A stretch of 64,000 nucleotides of DNA from Octopus vulgaris (Eukaryota). The stretch covers positions 35,712,001 to 35,776,000 of the forward strand of contig OX597822.1 in NCBI GenBank assembly GCA_951406725.2. The letters are read 5' to 3'. Of this stretch, positions 12,602-26,155 are shown piece after piece. The stretch's first letter is position 1. Each line of letters opens with the position of its first letter. Made by a program: the position numbers and the translations under genes. Under the pieces are notes generated by a model that searched no databases, had not been told where the DNA came from, and saw only the letters and a list, made by a program, of their open reading frames with translations.

Positions 12602-13728
12602 TAACCCTAGCCCTAACCCAAGCCAGGCCTAACACTAACACTAAACCTAACCCTAACACTAGCCCTAACCCTAAACCTAAACATAACCCTAGCCCTAACC
12701 CTAAACCTAACCCTAACCCTAGCCCAAAACTTAATACGAACCCTAACCCTAACCCAAAACCTAAACCTAACACTAACTCTAACCCTAAATCTAACCCCAA
12801 TTCTAGCCCTAACTCTAACCCTAACCCTAATGCTGACCGTAACCCTAAACCTAACACTAACCCTCACCCTAACACTAACCTTAACCCTAAACCTAAACCT
12901 AACATTAACCATAACCATAGCCATAACCCTAACCCTGACCCTGATCCTAACACTAACGCTAGCCCTAATCCTAAACCTAACCCTAAACCTAACCCTAACC
13001 CTAAACCTCACCCCAATCCTAAACCAAACCCAAACCCTAACTCTAACTCTAGCCCTAATCGTAATCCTAACCCTTCACCCTAACCCTAACCCTAAATCTA
13101 ACCCTAACCTACCCATAACCCTAACCCTAACCCTAACCCTAACCCTAACCCTTGACCTAAATCTAACCCTAAGCCTAACCCTAGACCTAGCTCTAAACTT
13201 AACCGTAACACTAACCCTAACCCTATCCCAAAATCTAACCCTAACCTTAACCCTAACCTTAACCCTAACCCTAACCCTAACCCTAACACTTAACCCTAAC
13301 CCTAACCCTAAATCTAAACCTAACCCTACACCTAGCCCTAACACTAACCCTAACCCTAACCCTCACCCTAACCCCAAATCAAACCCTAACTCTAACACTA
13401 AACCTAACCCTAAGCCTAGCCCTAACACTAACCACAGACATAACCCAAAACCTAAACCTAACCCTGACCCTAACCTTAACCCTAACCCTAACCCTAAACC
13501 TAACCTTAACCCTAACCGTAACCCTAACCGTAACCTAACCCTATGCCTAGCCCTAACCCTAACCCTAACGCTAGCCGTAACACTAACCCTAACCCTAACT
13601 GTAACCAATCCCTAACACTAAGCCGAAACCTAACCCTAACCATAATCCTAATCCTAACCGTCACCGTAACACAAACCCTAATCCTAACCGTCACCGTAAC
13701 ACAAACCCTAATCCTAACACTAACCCTA
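12602..13728. repeat. Degenerate telomere-like (CCCTAA)n array
   Basis: About 1.1 kb of CCCTAA with variants (CCCTAG, ACCTAA, CACTAA, CCGTAA); 30-bp duplication at 13651-13710. Confidence 0.92.
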
Positions 13729-14807
13729 AGAGGATGCCGAAAGAGATGAAAGAGGGTGCCGATACAGATCAAAGAGTTTCCCGAAAGAGATCAAAGAGGG
13801 TGCCGAAAAAGATCAAAGTGTGTCCCGAAAGAGATCAAAGTGGTTGACGAAAGAGATAAAAGAGGGTGCCGAAAGAGATCAATGACGGCGTCGAAAGTGA
13901 TCAAAGATGTTCCCGAATGGGATCAAAGAGGGTGCCGAAAGAGACCAAAGAGGTTCCCGAAAGAGATCAAAGAGCGTGCCGAAAGAGATCAAAGAGGGTG
14001 CCGAAGAGATCAAAGAGGTTCCCGAATGAGATCAAAGAGGGTGCCGAAAGAGATCAGTGAGGGTGCCGAAATAGATTAAAGAGGGTACCGAAAGAGACCA
14101 AAGAGGGTGCCGAAAGAGATCAAACAGGATACCGAAAGAGATCAAAGAGTTTCCCGAATGAGATCAAAGAGGGTTACCGAAAGAGATCAAAGAAGGTGCC
14201 GAAAGAGATCAAAGAGGGTGCCGAAAGAGATCAAAAAGGAGTCCTGATAGAGATCAAAGAGCGTGCCGAAAGAGATCAAAGAATGTCCCGAATGACATCA
14301 AAGACGGTGCCGAAAGAGATCAAAGAGGAGACCCGAAAGGGATCAAAGAGGGTGCCGAAAGAGATCAGAGAGGTGACCTGATAGAGATCAAAGAGCGTGC
14401 CGAATGAGATCAAAGATGGTGCCGAAAGAGATCAAAGATGAGTCCCGAAAGAGATCAAAGAGAGTACCGAAAGATATCAAAGAGGAGTCCCGAAATAGAT
14501 CAAAGAGCGTGCCGAAAGAGATCAAAGAGGGTGCCGCAAGAGATCAAAGAGGATCCCGAAAGAGTTCAAAGAGAGTGCCGAACGAGATCAAAGAGAGTGC
14601 CGCAAGAGATCAAAGAGATTAAAGAGGGTGCCGAAAGAGATCAAAGAGGAGTCCCGAAAGAGATCAAAGAGGGTGCCGAAAGAGATCAATGAGCGTTCCG
14701 AAGGAGATCAAAGCTGGTGCCGAAAGAGATCAGAGAGGGTGCCGAATGAGATCAAAGAGGAATCCCAAAAGAGATCAAAGAGGGTGCCGAAAGAGATCAA
14801 AGAGTGT
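13729..14807. repeat. 22-bp satellite (GGGTGCCGAAAGAGATCAAAGA)n, about 49 units
   Basis: Direct tandem repeat; the 22-aa periodicity in the ORF track equals 3 x 22 bp. Confidence 0.93.
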
Positions 14808-15308
14808 CCCTAACCCTAACCCTAACTCTAAACCTAACTCTAACCCTAACCCTAACCCTAACCCTAAACATAACCATAACCCTAACCCTAACTCTAACCT
14901 TAAACTTAACCCTAACCCTAACTCTAACCCTAAAACTAACCCTATCCCTAACCCTAACCCTAACCCTACCCCTAACCCTAACCCTAGCCCTAACCCTAAC
15001 CATACCCCTAACACTAGCCCTAAACCTAACCCTTGCCCTAACCCAAACCCTAACCCTAACCCTAACCCTAGCCCTAACTCTAACCCTAACCTGAACCGTA
15101 ACCCCAATCCTAACCCTAACCCTAGCCCTAACCCAAACCCTAGTCCTAACCCTAACCCTAACCCTAGCCCTAACCCTAACCCTAACCCTAGCCCTAACCC
15201 TAACCCTAACCCTAAACCTCACCCTAAATCTAACCCTAACCCTAACCCTAACCCTTACCCTCACCCTAGCCCTTACCCTAACCCTGCCCTAACCATAACC
15301 TTAACCCT
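14808..15308. repeat. Degenerate telomere-like (CCCTAA)n array, second block
   Basis: About 500 bp, same orientation as 12602-13728. Confidence 0.92.
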
Positions 15309-16700
15309 GCAATACGTTGAGTCATGCAATCTCGCTTTATTTCGCCTTTTAAAATACGCAATAACATCAAACTAACAAGGGTCTCACTACGTGGTCACTT
15401 GATCTGCTAGAAATCGTAATCAAATCATCCCGCCATATTCGAAAAGGATTGATTGCTTAATGCGCTCCTATATTTCGTACATAGGAAAAATATGGGATGC
15501 TCGCGGATGGAAAGCTCGATAAGGGTTCATTTGAGACTAAACAACAGCCAAATAATATTTGTTCTAGGAGCAACATTTGGACATTATGTCCGATATTTTT
15601 ATGTATTAATTTGCCTGGTTAAGATATATTTCTCTGATGTGTATTCTAATATAAACCGTTGGATTTTTTACTATGAGCAATTGAATATTGTATAGTTTAA
15701 AGAATTAATTACACAGTAACGTTGTCCGCATGAAAATTAATAGTTAATTCATCGTTAATACATTTAAAGCAGTAGTCATTAAAAAGATAACTAGAAATAA
15801 TTATGCGGTGAATTAACACAATAATTAACCTTTGATTAACATTACTTTATTTCAGCATGTTCGAAAAGTAATTTCTCATGTGGGAAACCAAAATAGTTTA
15901 AAGAATATCTTTTCACCCGCAGACCAAAAAAAAAAAATAAATAAAATAAAGTTAATGTCAACAATTATTATGCGGTGATGAAAAATGAACATTAATCATT
16001 AGAAAGTAGAAATGTTTAAAGAACGTATTGGTAAAGGAAACAGGAAGTGTGCACTTTTATATTTCGCCTCTTACATTAGCCAGCACAATAGGAATCTAAC
16101 TGACATTTATTTAGAGATATTGGTGGAACAGATTACACAGAAACAGTAAAAATGTATTGATGCTAGTTTGGACATTGGTTTAACATTCGTTGTTGCTCAT
16201 TTTTATTTTCACTGGTTCGTGAGATATTTATAAAGTACTGCGGGAATCTAAGAATAAATATTAATCCATATTACTTATCGAAGCTGAATATTTAATAATG
16301 GAAAAAAAATAGTTTTGCTAAGATTCTTAATTCAAACCTAACACACTCTCTACTTACATTAGCAGTTCATTTGTGTAAAGATTGCGTAAAGTGACTTATC
16401 ATATTTTCCATCTTGAGATAATTATTTCCATATGCTTATGTGTCTGGCAACCTGCCATATATAAGGCAGTTGATCTAAATGGAAGCTTGTATTACTGTAT
16501 GAAAATATTATTTTTAAAACTAAAGTGTTGGAAAATTCTCTAAAAACTTCTTGGAGATTATTTTTACTTCTAAGATAGCCATATTATTATTTTTAAAACT
16601 TTTTATTAGCACTGTGAACACTAAAACGACTAAATTATCAATATGAAGAAAATGCAATTTATACTTGTTCAGTTTTTCTAGGGTAACGGGGATATGTTTG

Positions 16701-16749
<49 letters not shown>

Positions 16750-16825
16750 TGTATGTATGTATGTATTATGTACGTATGTTTGTATGTATGTATGAATATA
16801 TATATATATATATAGATTATGCTAC

Positions 16826-16910
<85 letters not shown>

Positions 16911-16944
16911 ACATATGCTGCACCTTATTACGATAGCGCATTAA

Positions 16945-17676
16945 GGAAATATTAATGCTGGTAGTAATGCTGCGCGCAGAACTAGGACCAGGAAAGTTTT
17001 GTGGTTCAACCCAGCTTTCAATTTGGCCGTAAAAACTAATATAGGTAAGGAATTCTTGAAATTAGTCTCTAAGCATTTTAAGCAGGACCATAAATTCTAT
17101 AGAATATCTAATAGAAGAACCCTTAAGATTAGCTATTCTTGTTGCAGGAATTTCGCCTCTTACATTAGCCAGCACAATATGAATCTAATTGATATTAAGC
17201 ATGGTGCCGATCCCCTTAAGAAATGCAATTGTAAAGATGAATCCTCCTGTCCGTTGGAAGGGAAATTTTTGGTAAAAGGGGTCGTTTATAGAGCCAAGGT
17301 GCAAATAGAAGGCTCATCGGAATACAAGACCTATACAGGGGCTTCGGAAAATTCGTTCAAAACGCGATTTTATTCGCATAAAAATTCATTTAGATACCCA
17401 GAAAATAGGAAGAAGACCAGCCTAGCAAAATATGTCTGGGAACTAAAAGAAAAGGAAGCCCCACCTTTCAACGTGACATGGAGTATTCTGGATAGAGCGG
17501 CACCATACAGACATGGGGCACACAAGAAAAAATTTAAATGCAATCTTTGTTTGTTAGAAAAAGTTTATATTTTATTCAAAGACAATAATTCTTTGAATCA
17601 AAGAAACGAACTTTTGAACTCATGCAGGCACGCAACCAAATTCAAAATGTCGAACATAAATATCCCATATGGATAG
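16945..17676 (+). CDS. Penelope-like element C-terminal linker plus GIY-YIG endonuclease (truncated ORF, RT core missing)
   Basis: [68 protein letters not shown]; open for about 243 codons. Confidence 0.85.
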   Translation, partial: GNINAGSNAARRTRTRKVLWFNPAFNLAVKTNIGKEFLKLVSKHFKQDHKFYRISNRRTLKISYSCCRNFASYISQHNMNLIDIKHGADPLKKCNCKDESSCPLEGKFLVKGVVYRAKVQIEGSSEYKTYTGASENSFKTRFYSHKNSFRYPENRKKTSLAKYVWELKEKEAPPFNVTWSILDRAAPYRHGAHKKKFKCNLCLLEKVYILFKDNNSLNQRNELLNSCRHATKFKMSNINIPYG

Positions 17677-18854
17677 TGTATATTTTGTCTTTTTGAATTT
17701 TTGATTCTTGGACTGGTCTTTGATCACACCGATGGATTTGTTTCGCGCTATACAGATTTCATTCCGCATAGCAAAGTCTTGTGCATATATTTTGTTTATA
17801 TTTTGTTTATATTTCTACATATTCCTTAGGAAAAACCTTCGACTTAGTTTATTTCATTTTATTATATTGTATAGGTTTTCTTTGGTATTTAATTTATAGA
17901 TGATCCAATATTGGGTGTTATATTTTGCATGTCTTTCGTCTAATTTTTATTATTATGCACTCAGCATTTTTAAAAAACAATGTTGTCAGATCCTAGGCAT
18001 TTTTATGTAAATACGTGTATTGGCATGGATATGTATTTGTAAGCATACGTCTTTGTATATGTGTAAGTGAGCGTATGTTTGTACTTAAGCACATACATAC
18101 ACGAATGTATGTGTATGCATGTATCCACTTGAACTTGTGTGTTTGCGTACTTGTCTCTATATATATATGTGTCAGTATATGTGCTCACATAATTTGTATA
18201 CAAATTTTTCTTCTTTCCTTTCCTTCTTTTTCCCTTCTCTTTTTTCTTTTTTTTTCTCTTCCTTTCTTTCGTTTTTTTTTCTCCCTATTCGTTACTTGTA
18301 TAGAGCCCTGTAACTTTACGCCTCCCTCCCCTCCCTTGCTTATGTCTTTAGCTTTATGTTGTAAATAAGAACGCCCCTTCCCCATTCATGAAGTTAGCTT
18401 ATAGTCTATACGGATACAGTGATTTTGCATGCGAGCTAGATTGCATATACAAATGCGTAAATGCATTTGTGTGTATATTTTAGTTTTCTATTTATATGTC
18501 TGTATATGTATGTGGTCTGCGCGCATCTATCTGTGTATGTTGATATATATATGTATAGTTTAGTATGAGTATGTACTGTTGTGTAATATTTTAAAGCATT
18601 TCAATATTTTAATTTCAATTTCCATGTATTAATTATATTTTCTTTATTAATGACAATATGTATTTTAACCAAAGATTCGATGTAAGGTTTTTTCCTCGAC
18701 TTTTATAATTTTATATATATATATTTTGAGCTCATTTTTGTTTATCGCTCGAAATTGACCGTTATTTGAAAGGACCGATCAAACAAGTCCATTTTTAAAG
18801 GTGTAGCGTTTATACTAGTCTTGATAGAATTGACATATCGGTTCTATTCTAGCA

Positions 18855-18901
18855 AAAACTGTCCGACGAACGGGAACGTGAAACTCAGAGTAACAGGTTT
18901 T
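18855..18901 (+). ncRNA. Hammerhead ribozyme variant at the Penelope 3' end
   Basis: CTGT-CCGACGA-ACG(GGAA)CGT-GAAA-CTCAGA-GTA-ACAG; core has C in place of U4. Confidence 0.65.
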
Positions 18902-18934
18902 GTTGAATTTTCTGCTGCTTTTAAATAAAGTATG

Positions 18935-18975
<41 letters not shown>

Positions 18976-19465
18976 AGTTGAAGTTTACAGAAAAACAAAA
19001 GACGAAGACAGGTGTATGAACAACAAGCAGATGTATTAGTTTAACGCTCGAGAAAGTGACTACCCGACTACCACCCACACCCACTCTACCCCAACCACTC
19101 CCTACAGACACCAACCCTCTCCATGCCCCACCTGACAGATGACAAGCACAAGCACACAGGAGCCTCAAATTCCCCCACCCTCGCCATGGGATTAAAAAAA
19201 TATATTGTATTGTACAAGGGACAAAATGAAGAACTGTATAATGAGATGGACGCGTGGGACGCAGCGATAAAAGTGGATATAACAGGAGTAAGGGGGTGGC
19301 CGGATTAGTTTCGCTATGCAGTGGTGGACCCGGTGTATCTTGCGAGGTTAAAGAATTATGAGGAAGAGTTTGAGGGGTGGGTCAACAAAATAAACACCAG
19401 TACCATGCCAGAACGGGTAAGCCTATTTTGAGATTTTAAAGAAATAAAATATAGACATTTCATGT

Positions 19466-21039
<1,574 letters not shown>

Positions 21040-21190
21040 TCGAAAAACACCTTAGGAATGAAAACCCAGGTTCGAAATTTCCCCAAGACACCTGATGAAG
21101 GCTGGAGGGTATATCAGACAAAACGGTGTGTTAACAACAAACAAGATGAGGACAAATATCCGTCAAATATAAATAATGGAAATAATGGAA
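21040..21190 (+). mobile_element. Non-coding repeat tail with degenerate minimal hammerhead
   Basis: 21088-21131 reads ACAC-CTGATGA-AGGCTG..CAGAC-AAAAC-GGT-GTGT; stem I ACAC/GTGT intact, GAAA mutated. Confidence 0.55.
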
Positions 21191-21399
21191 ATTAACTGAT
21201 ACAAATGGTGTTGTAAACTAGTGTCTTAAAAAAAAGATGTATTAACAGGTTCAATGAAGTCGCTCGGAGGTGGGGCCGAATGGCTTAATTTCATCGTTCA
21301 TTATATTTCATTCATTCTTCCCATTCGTTTTTTATTTTTGTCTCCACCTTGTACTGTCCCCTCTATGTACGGCTTTCATCGCCAATTTCATAAAATAAA

Positions 21400-21770
21400 G
21401 AATCTTGCTTACCAAGCACATGGTTCTGGGTTCAGTCCCACTGCGTGGCACCTTGAGCAAGTGTCTTCTGCCATTGCCTCGGGCCGACCAAAGCCTTGTG
21501 AGTGGGTTTGGTAGCCGGAAACTGAAAGAAGCCCGTCATATGTGTGTGTGTGTCTGTCTGTCTGTCTGTGTTTGTCCCCCATCATTGCTTGACAACCGAT
21601 TCTGGTGTGTTTACGTCCTCGTAACTTAGCGGTTCGGCAAAAGACACTGATAGAGTAAGTACTAGGCTTACAAAGAATAAGTCCTGGGGGTCGATTTGTC
21701 GACTATAGGGGGTGCTCCAGCATGTCCGCAGTCAAATGACTGAAACAAAAATAAAAGAATAAAAGAATAA
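21400..21770 (+). mobile_element. SINE family B
   Basis: gggttcagtccc B box, ccttgagcaagtg CORE-like block, internal (TG)n, shared 3' gcagtcaaatgactgaaac. Confidence 0.88.
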
Positions 21771-22084
21771 ATGATTATCTATCCAGTGTTGAAATGGTTT
21801 TCTGAGCAAATCACATAAGAATTTATAAGTTTATATATAATCATCTATAATAACTTTGCTTAAGGAATCATTTGTAATTGTGTTTTTCTATCGACAAAGA
21901 TAAATGCATTTTGGTAGGACAGATTCAGTAATGTAGGACCCTACATGGTTTGGAAGAAGTTAAGAGGTCTAATACAGCATGGAAGGGATTAGCAAGTAGA
22001 GTAAAATCATATGCAAAATCTGTTATCAGCTTCATGTAGTCTACATTACAAAATGTATTACGATACGTAAGATTTTTTTTTCCG

Positions 22085-22386
22085 TGGAGGCGCAATGGCC
22101 CAGTGGTTAGGGCAGCGGACTCCAGGTCGGAGGATCGCGGTTTCGATTTCCGAACCGGGCGTTGTGTGTATGTTTATTGAGCGAAAATACCTAAAGCTGC
22201 ACGAGGCTCCGGCAGGGAGTTGTGGCGACCCCTGTTGTACTCTTTCGCCACAACTTTCTCTCACTCTCTTCCTGTTTCTTGAGTAACGCTGCGATGAACT
22301 GGCGTCCCGTCCAGCTGGGGGGAACACATACGCCACAGAAATCCGGAAATCGGGCCCATGAGCCTGGCTAGGCTTGAAAAGGGCGA
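22085..22386 (+). mobile_element. SINE family A (short-tail variant)
   Basis: tggaggcgcaatggcccagtgg head; tail ..gagcctggctaggcttgaaaagggcg plus A-run; matches 58851-59144. Confidence 0.9.
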
Positions 22387-23317
22387 AAAAAAAGATTATT
22401 TTTAACAATATTTCCCTATTATTGTTAAAGCCTAGGCTCCATACTAGATACAAGAAAAACACATCACTGCCAATATTAAAATATTTGGGTGGATTATCAA
22501 CTTATATATTTCTACATTTTATAGCAATAATTCATTTCAAAAATACACTTCAATATAACAGATAATATAATTATATCTTTACAGTTCTTCTTCATTTTCA
22601 CAGAAGTCTGGTATTTCTTTATTCCTACATCATTTATTTTACTATAAGTAATTTCTGCGAACAATTTCATCTATTTATTTGTTTCTATACTTATTCTTAC
22701 GTTCTCATCATTTTATCATCGCAATCTTATACAGAATCAAGAATCTCTTACTTTTTATTAGCAAGCTATTTGTTATCTTATCATTCTTTCGTCATAAGAC
22801 GCAGTAGTTTATGATCAGCCATAAATGCCTGCTGGCTCCATGCTGACTGCACCAACAGTGAATTTATACATCTTACGATTTTTATATTATTTGATCAGAT
22901 CAGTACGTAAGTAACTTAATGTCCAAGGCATTAGAGTACTATACTGAACTCATCAAAGTCCTTTATCGTCAATTCTTGATATCGGGTTCGAATACTGCTA
23001 AAGTCGTCTTCTGGGTTTTGTTCTTTGTTTTTCGAAATGATGATGAATTAAGTACTTGCTTTAATGTTGTTTTTTGCCAGGTCACTTTTCATAAAACATA
23101 TCTATGATCAAAGATGTTACAACCATAAACATACCGTCTTTTACCGCGGACTACATTAACCAATATGCCTTTCTTTTTTAAGGTAGTAATGTGAAATTTA
23201 AAGTAGGTAATTCTAGCATGTTGCATGTCTACATCGAGACTTCTTCATTAGCTCGGTAAATAGCAGTCACATACTGGTGTTCATTCATTTATTGACACCA
23301 GTATTTGACTGGTACTG

Positions 23318-23545
23318 GTAGAGGCACATGACTTAGAGGTTAAGGTGTTAGATTCATGATCGTTAGATTGTGGTTTCAATTCCTGGACCGGGCGATGCAT
23401 TGTGTTCTTGAGCAGGACAATTCCTTTCACGTTGCTCCGGTCCACTCAACTAGTAAAAATGAGTAATGCTGCAATGGACCGGTTTGCCGCCCACGGAGAG
23501 AATATTATACATCACAGAAACCGGGACGTCGGCCCTGTGCACCTT
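23318..23545 (+). mobile_element. Older SINE family A-related copy
   Basis: agaggcacatgacttagaggttaagg..ggtttcaattcctggacc..ttcttgagcagg; similar to 63608-63804. Confidence 0.75.
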
Positions 23546-23779
23546 ACGGAGTAATGTGGAGTAATCATTTATTGACAGTTTCCTCCCCTAAAGTGTGTAA
23601 TATGTGAATGTTGAATTAATCGACTTTCAGAAATTAGCCTAGAGTCCAAAACTAAATATAAAAAATGAGAAAAAAAGGCATCGGAAGGGCGATCCATACC
23701 CTGCGCACACATAAGGTTAAAATGAAATTTAATTTAATAAATATATTCTCATACGAATTCATATTTCAACAAAATAGGA

Positions 23780-24550
23780 TAAAAGGCTAAGTCAAACTCG
23801 GTGGAATTTGGATGAAAAGCAATGTCGAAAGGGTAAGTCCAACTCGATAGGATCTATGCTCAGATCGTAAAAACGGACGAAAAGCCGCGAAGCATTTTGC
23901 TCGGCATGTTAACGATTCTTATTTCTTTACTGCCCACAATGGGCTAAACATAGAGGGGACAAACAAGGACAGACAAACGGATTAAGTCGATTACATCGAC
24001 TCCAGTGCGTAACAGGTACTTAATTAATCGACCCCGAAAGGATGAAAGGCAAAGTCGACCTCGGCGGAATTTGAACTCAGAACGTAACGGCAGACGAAAT
24101 ACCTATTTCTATTTCTTTGCTACCCACAAGAGGCTAAACACAGAGGGGACAAACAAGAACAGACAAACGGATTAAGTCGATTATATCGACCCCAGTGCGT
24201 TACTGGTACTTATTTAATCGACCCCGAAATAATGAACGGCAAAGTCGACCTCGGCGGAATTTGAACTCAGAACGTAACGGCAAACGAAATACCTATTTCT
24301 TTACTACCCACAAGGGGCTAAGCACAGAGGGAACAAACAAGGACAGACATAGGTATTAAGTCGATTACATCGACCCCAGTTCGTAACTGGTACTTAATTT
24401 ATCGACCCCGAAAGGATGAAAGGCAAAGTCGACCTCGGCGGAATTTGAACTCAGAACGTAACCGCAGACGAAATACCGCTAAGCATTTCGCCCGGTGTGC
24501 TAACGATTCTGCCAGCTCGCCGCCGTGTTAACGATTAAGCCAGCTCGCAA
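23780..24550 (-). mobile_element. SINE family C as a tandem trimer nested in an older copy
   Basis: Three units of about 185-190 bp starting near 23921, 24111 and 24295; single head ggcggcgagctggcagaatcgttagcac at 24525. Confidence 0.88.
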
Positions 24551-25065
24551 CCCTCGAATATTTTTAAATATTTATGATCTCTTTCTTTGAACAGCTGCTC
24601 TCAGCAACTCATCACCATTGTCTTGTTTTCTTCTGGGTTATAATATTCAGTACCTTAAGCCCCAATTTTTTTTTACCTTTTTTGTTGTGTCTTACGCTAC
24701 CGTGGCCTTAAGCCTTGCTTGGCACAAAATCGTATGAAAAAAATATTCAGAATACGAGAGATCTGAGGATGGACAGCATTACAAAATCCGTTGGAGTTTG
24801 TAGTGATTAATAAGATTAGTTGCTGTTAAGAGTGATGAGTGGAAAAATCTGAGGTTTCGAACAATTGATCTTCGATGACGTGAAATATAATCCAAAATAT
24901 TGACTTCTCTTTAATCCTAAGCATCAGCTTTTTCTCATTCTTCAGATACATTGTGGTTTGTGTGTGTGTCCATATAAAAATGCATAATGATTAATACTGA
25001 TTTTATTTCAAATATTAGCAGCAAAAAAGTAACGCACGCACGCACACAAACACATTACTGACATT

Positions 25066-25450
25066 GGAAGCACTCCGACGGTTACAACGATGAGGGTTCC
25101 GGTTGATCCGAATCAACGGAACAGCCTGCTCGTGAAATTAACGTGTAAGTGGCTGAGCACTCCACAGACACGTACACCCTTAACGTAGTTCTCGGGGATA
25201 TTCAGCGTGACACAGAGAGTGACAAGGCCGGCCCCTTGAAATACAGGTACAACAGAAACAGGAAGTAAGAGTGAGAGAAAGTTGTGGTGAAAGAGTACAG
25301 CAGGGATCACCACCAGCCCCTGCCGGTGTCTCGTGGAGCTTTTTAGGTGTTTTCGCTCAATAAACACTCACAACGCCCGGTCTGGGAATCGAAACCGCGA
25401 TCCTATGACCGCGAGTCCGCTGCCCTAACCACTGGGCCATTGCGCCTCCA
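25066..25450 (-). mobile_element. SINE family A
   Basis: Near-identical to 7198-7578. Confidence 0.9.
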
Positions 25451-25454
25451 CACA

Positions 25455-25503
<49 letters not shown>

Positions 25504-25974
25504 GATTTTGGGATTTTTTCCAAGAATGTACCTTGTTTGTTAACACAGCTATCCAAAAGTCGTTGACAGATTTCAGAACGATTTTTCTTTGTACAATTCT
25601 ATAAATTATTTTGGGATTCACTTTGCGCAAATGACTTCTATTAAAGCCAAGTCTGATGCAAAATGATTCTTTAGACAGAACGGCGAATAACATACATATA
25701 TGGTTATGATTCTTGATACAAGTGAGGTAACTATCTCCTCACAACACAAGGCGTTACTAGAATTTTGAATCTACAATCAAAACATACGAAATCTTACATA
25801 TTACTTGCTACTTTTCTATATGCCAATAGAAGCAAGAACCTGGATTGTGTCCACTATAACACCTTTAAAATCCATGAGTAATTAAAAAGAAAGAACTACA
25901 AGGCGGTGCCTCAAGAGGTCGCAGTATGATGACTGAAAGTAGTAAAGGATAAAAAGATAACGATGCAGAAAAGA

Positions 25975-26155
25975 TTTCAAGTTTTGGCACAAATTTCGAC
26001 AACCAGTATTCAACTGGTACTTATTTTATCGGCCCCGAAAGAATGAAAAACAAAGCCGACCTCGGCGGAATTTGAACTTGGAACACGAAGACAGACGAAA
26101 TGCCGCTAAGTATTTTGCGCGGCGTGCTAACGATTCTGCCAACTCGCCGCCTTAA
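25975..26155 (-). mobile_element. SINE family C
   Basis: ccccgaaagaatgaaa..gacctcggcggaatttgaac..cgtgctaacgattctgccaactcgccgcc. Confidence 0.82.

Larger units (their letters stand above)
16914..18930 (+). mobile_element. 5'-truncated Penelope-like retroelement (Naiad-type)
   Basis: [11 protein letters not shown] thumb motif, RKVLWFNP linker, GIY-YIG domain, about 1.2-kb 3' UTR ending in a hammerhead-like motif; both ends lie in TA/TATG microsatellite. Confidence 0.85.

Noticed and set aside
11810-12700. Athena-like telomere-capped Penelope element
   Set aside because: With the inferred minus-strand polarity the repeat upstream of the element is G-rich, opposite to telomerase capping of cDNA; no RT sequence is present.
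13729-14807. 22-bp array as a CRISPR array or repetitive protein gene
   Set aside because: Units are contiguous with no unique spacers; the unit length is not a multiple of 3; eukaryotic context with no cas genes.
12602-15308. True telomere or end-to-end fusion site
   Set aside because: Repeats are degenerate, internal and all in one orientation.
16945-17900. Selenoprotein-type Naiad with UGA recoding
   Set aside because: No in-frame TGA; conserved cysteines use TGC/TGT and the stop is TAG.
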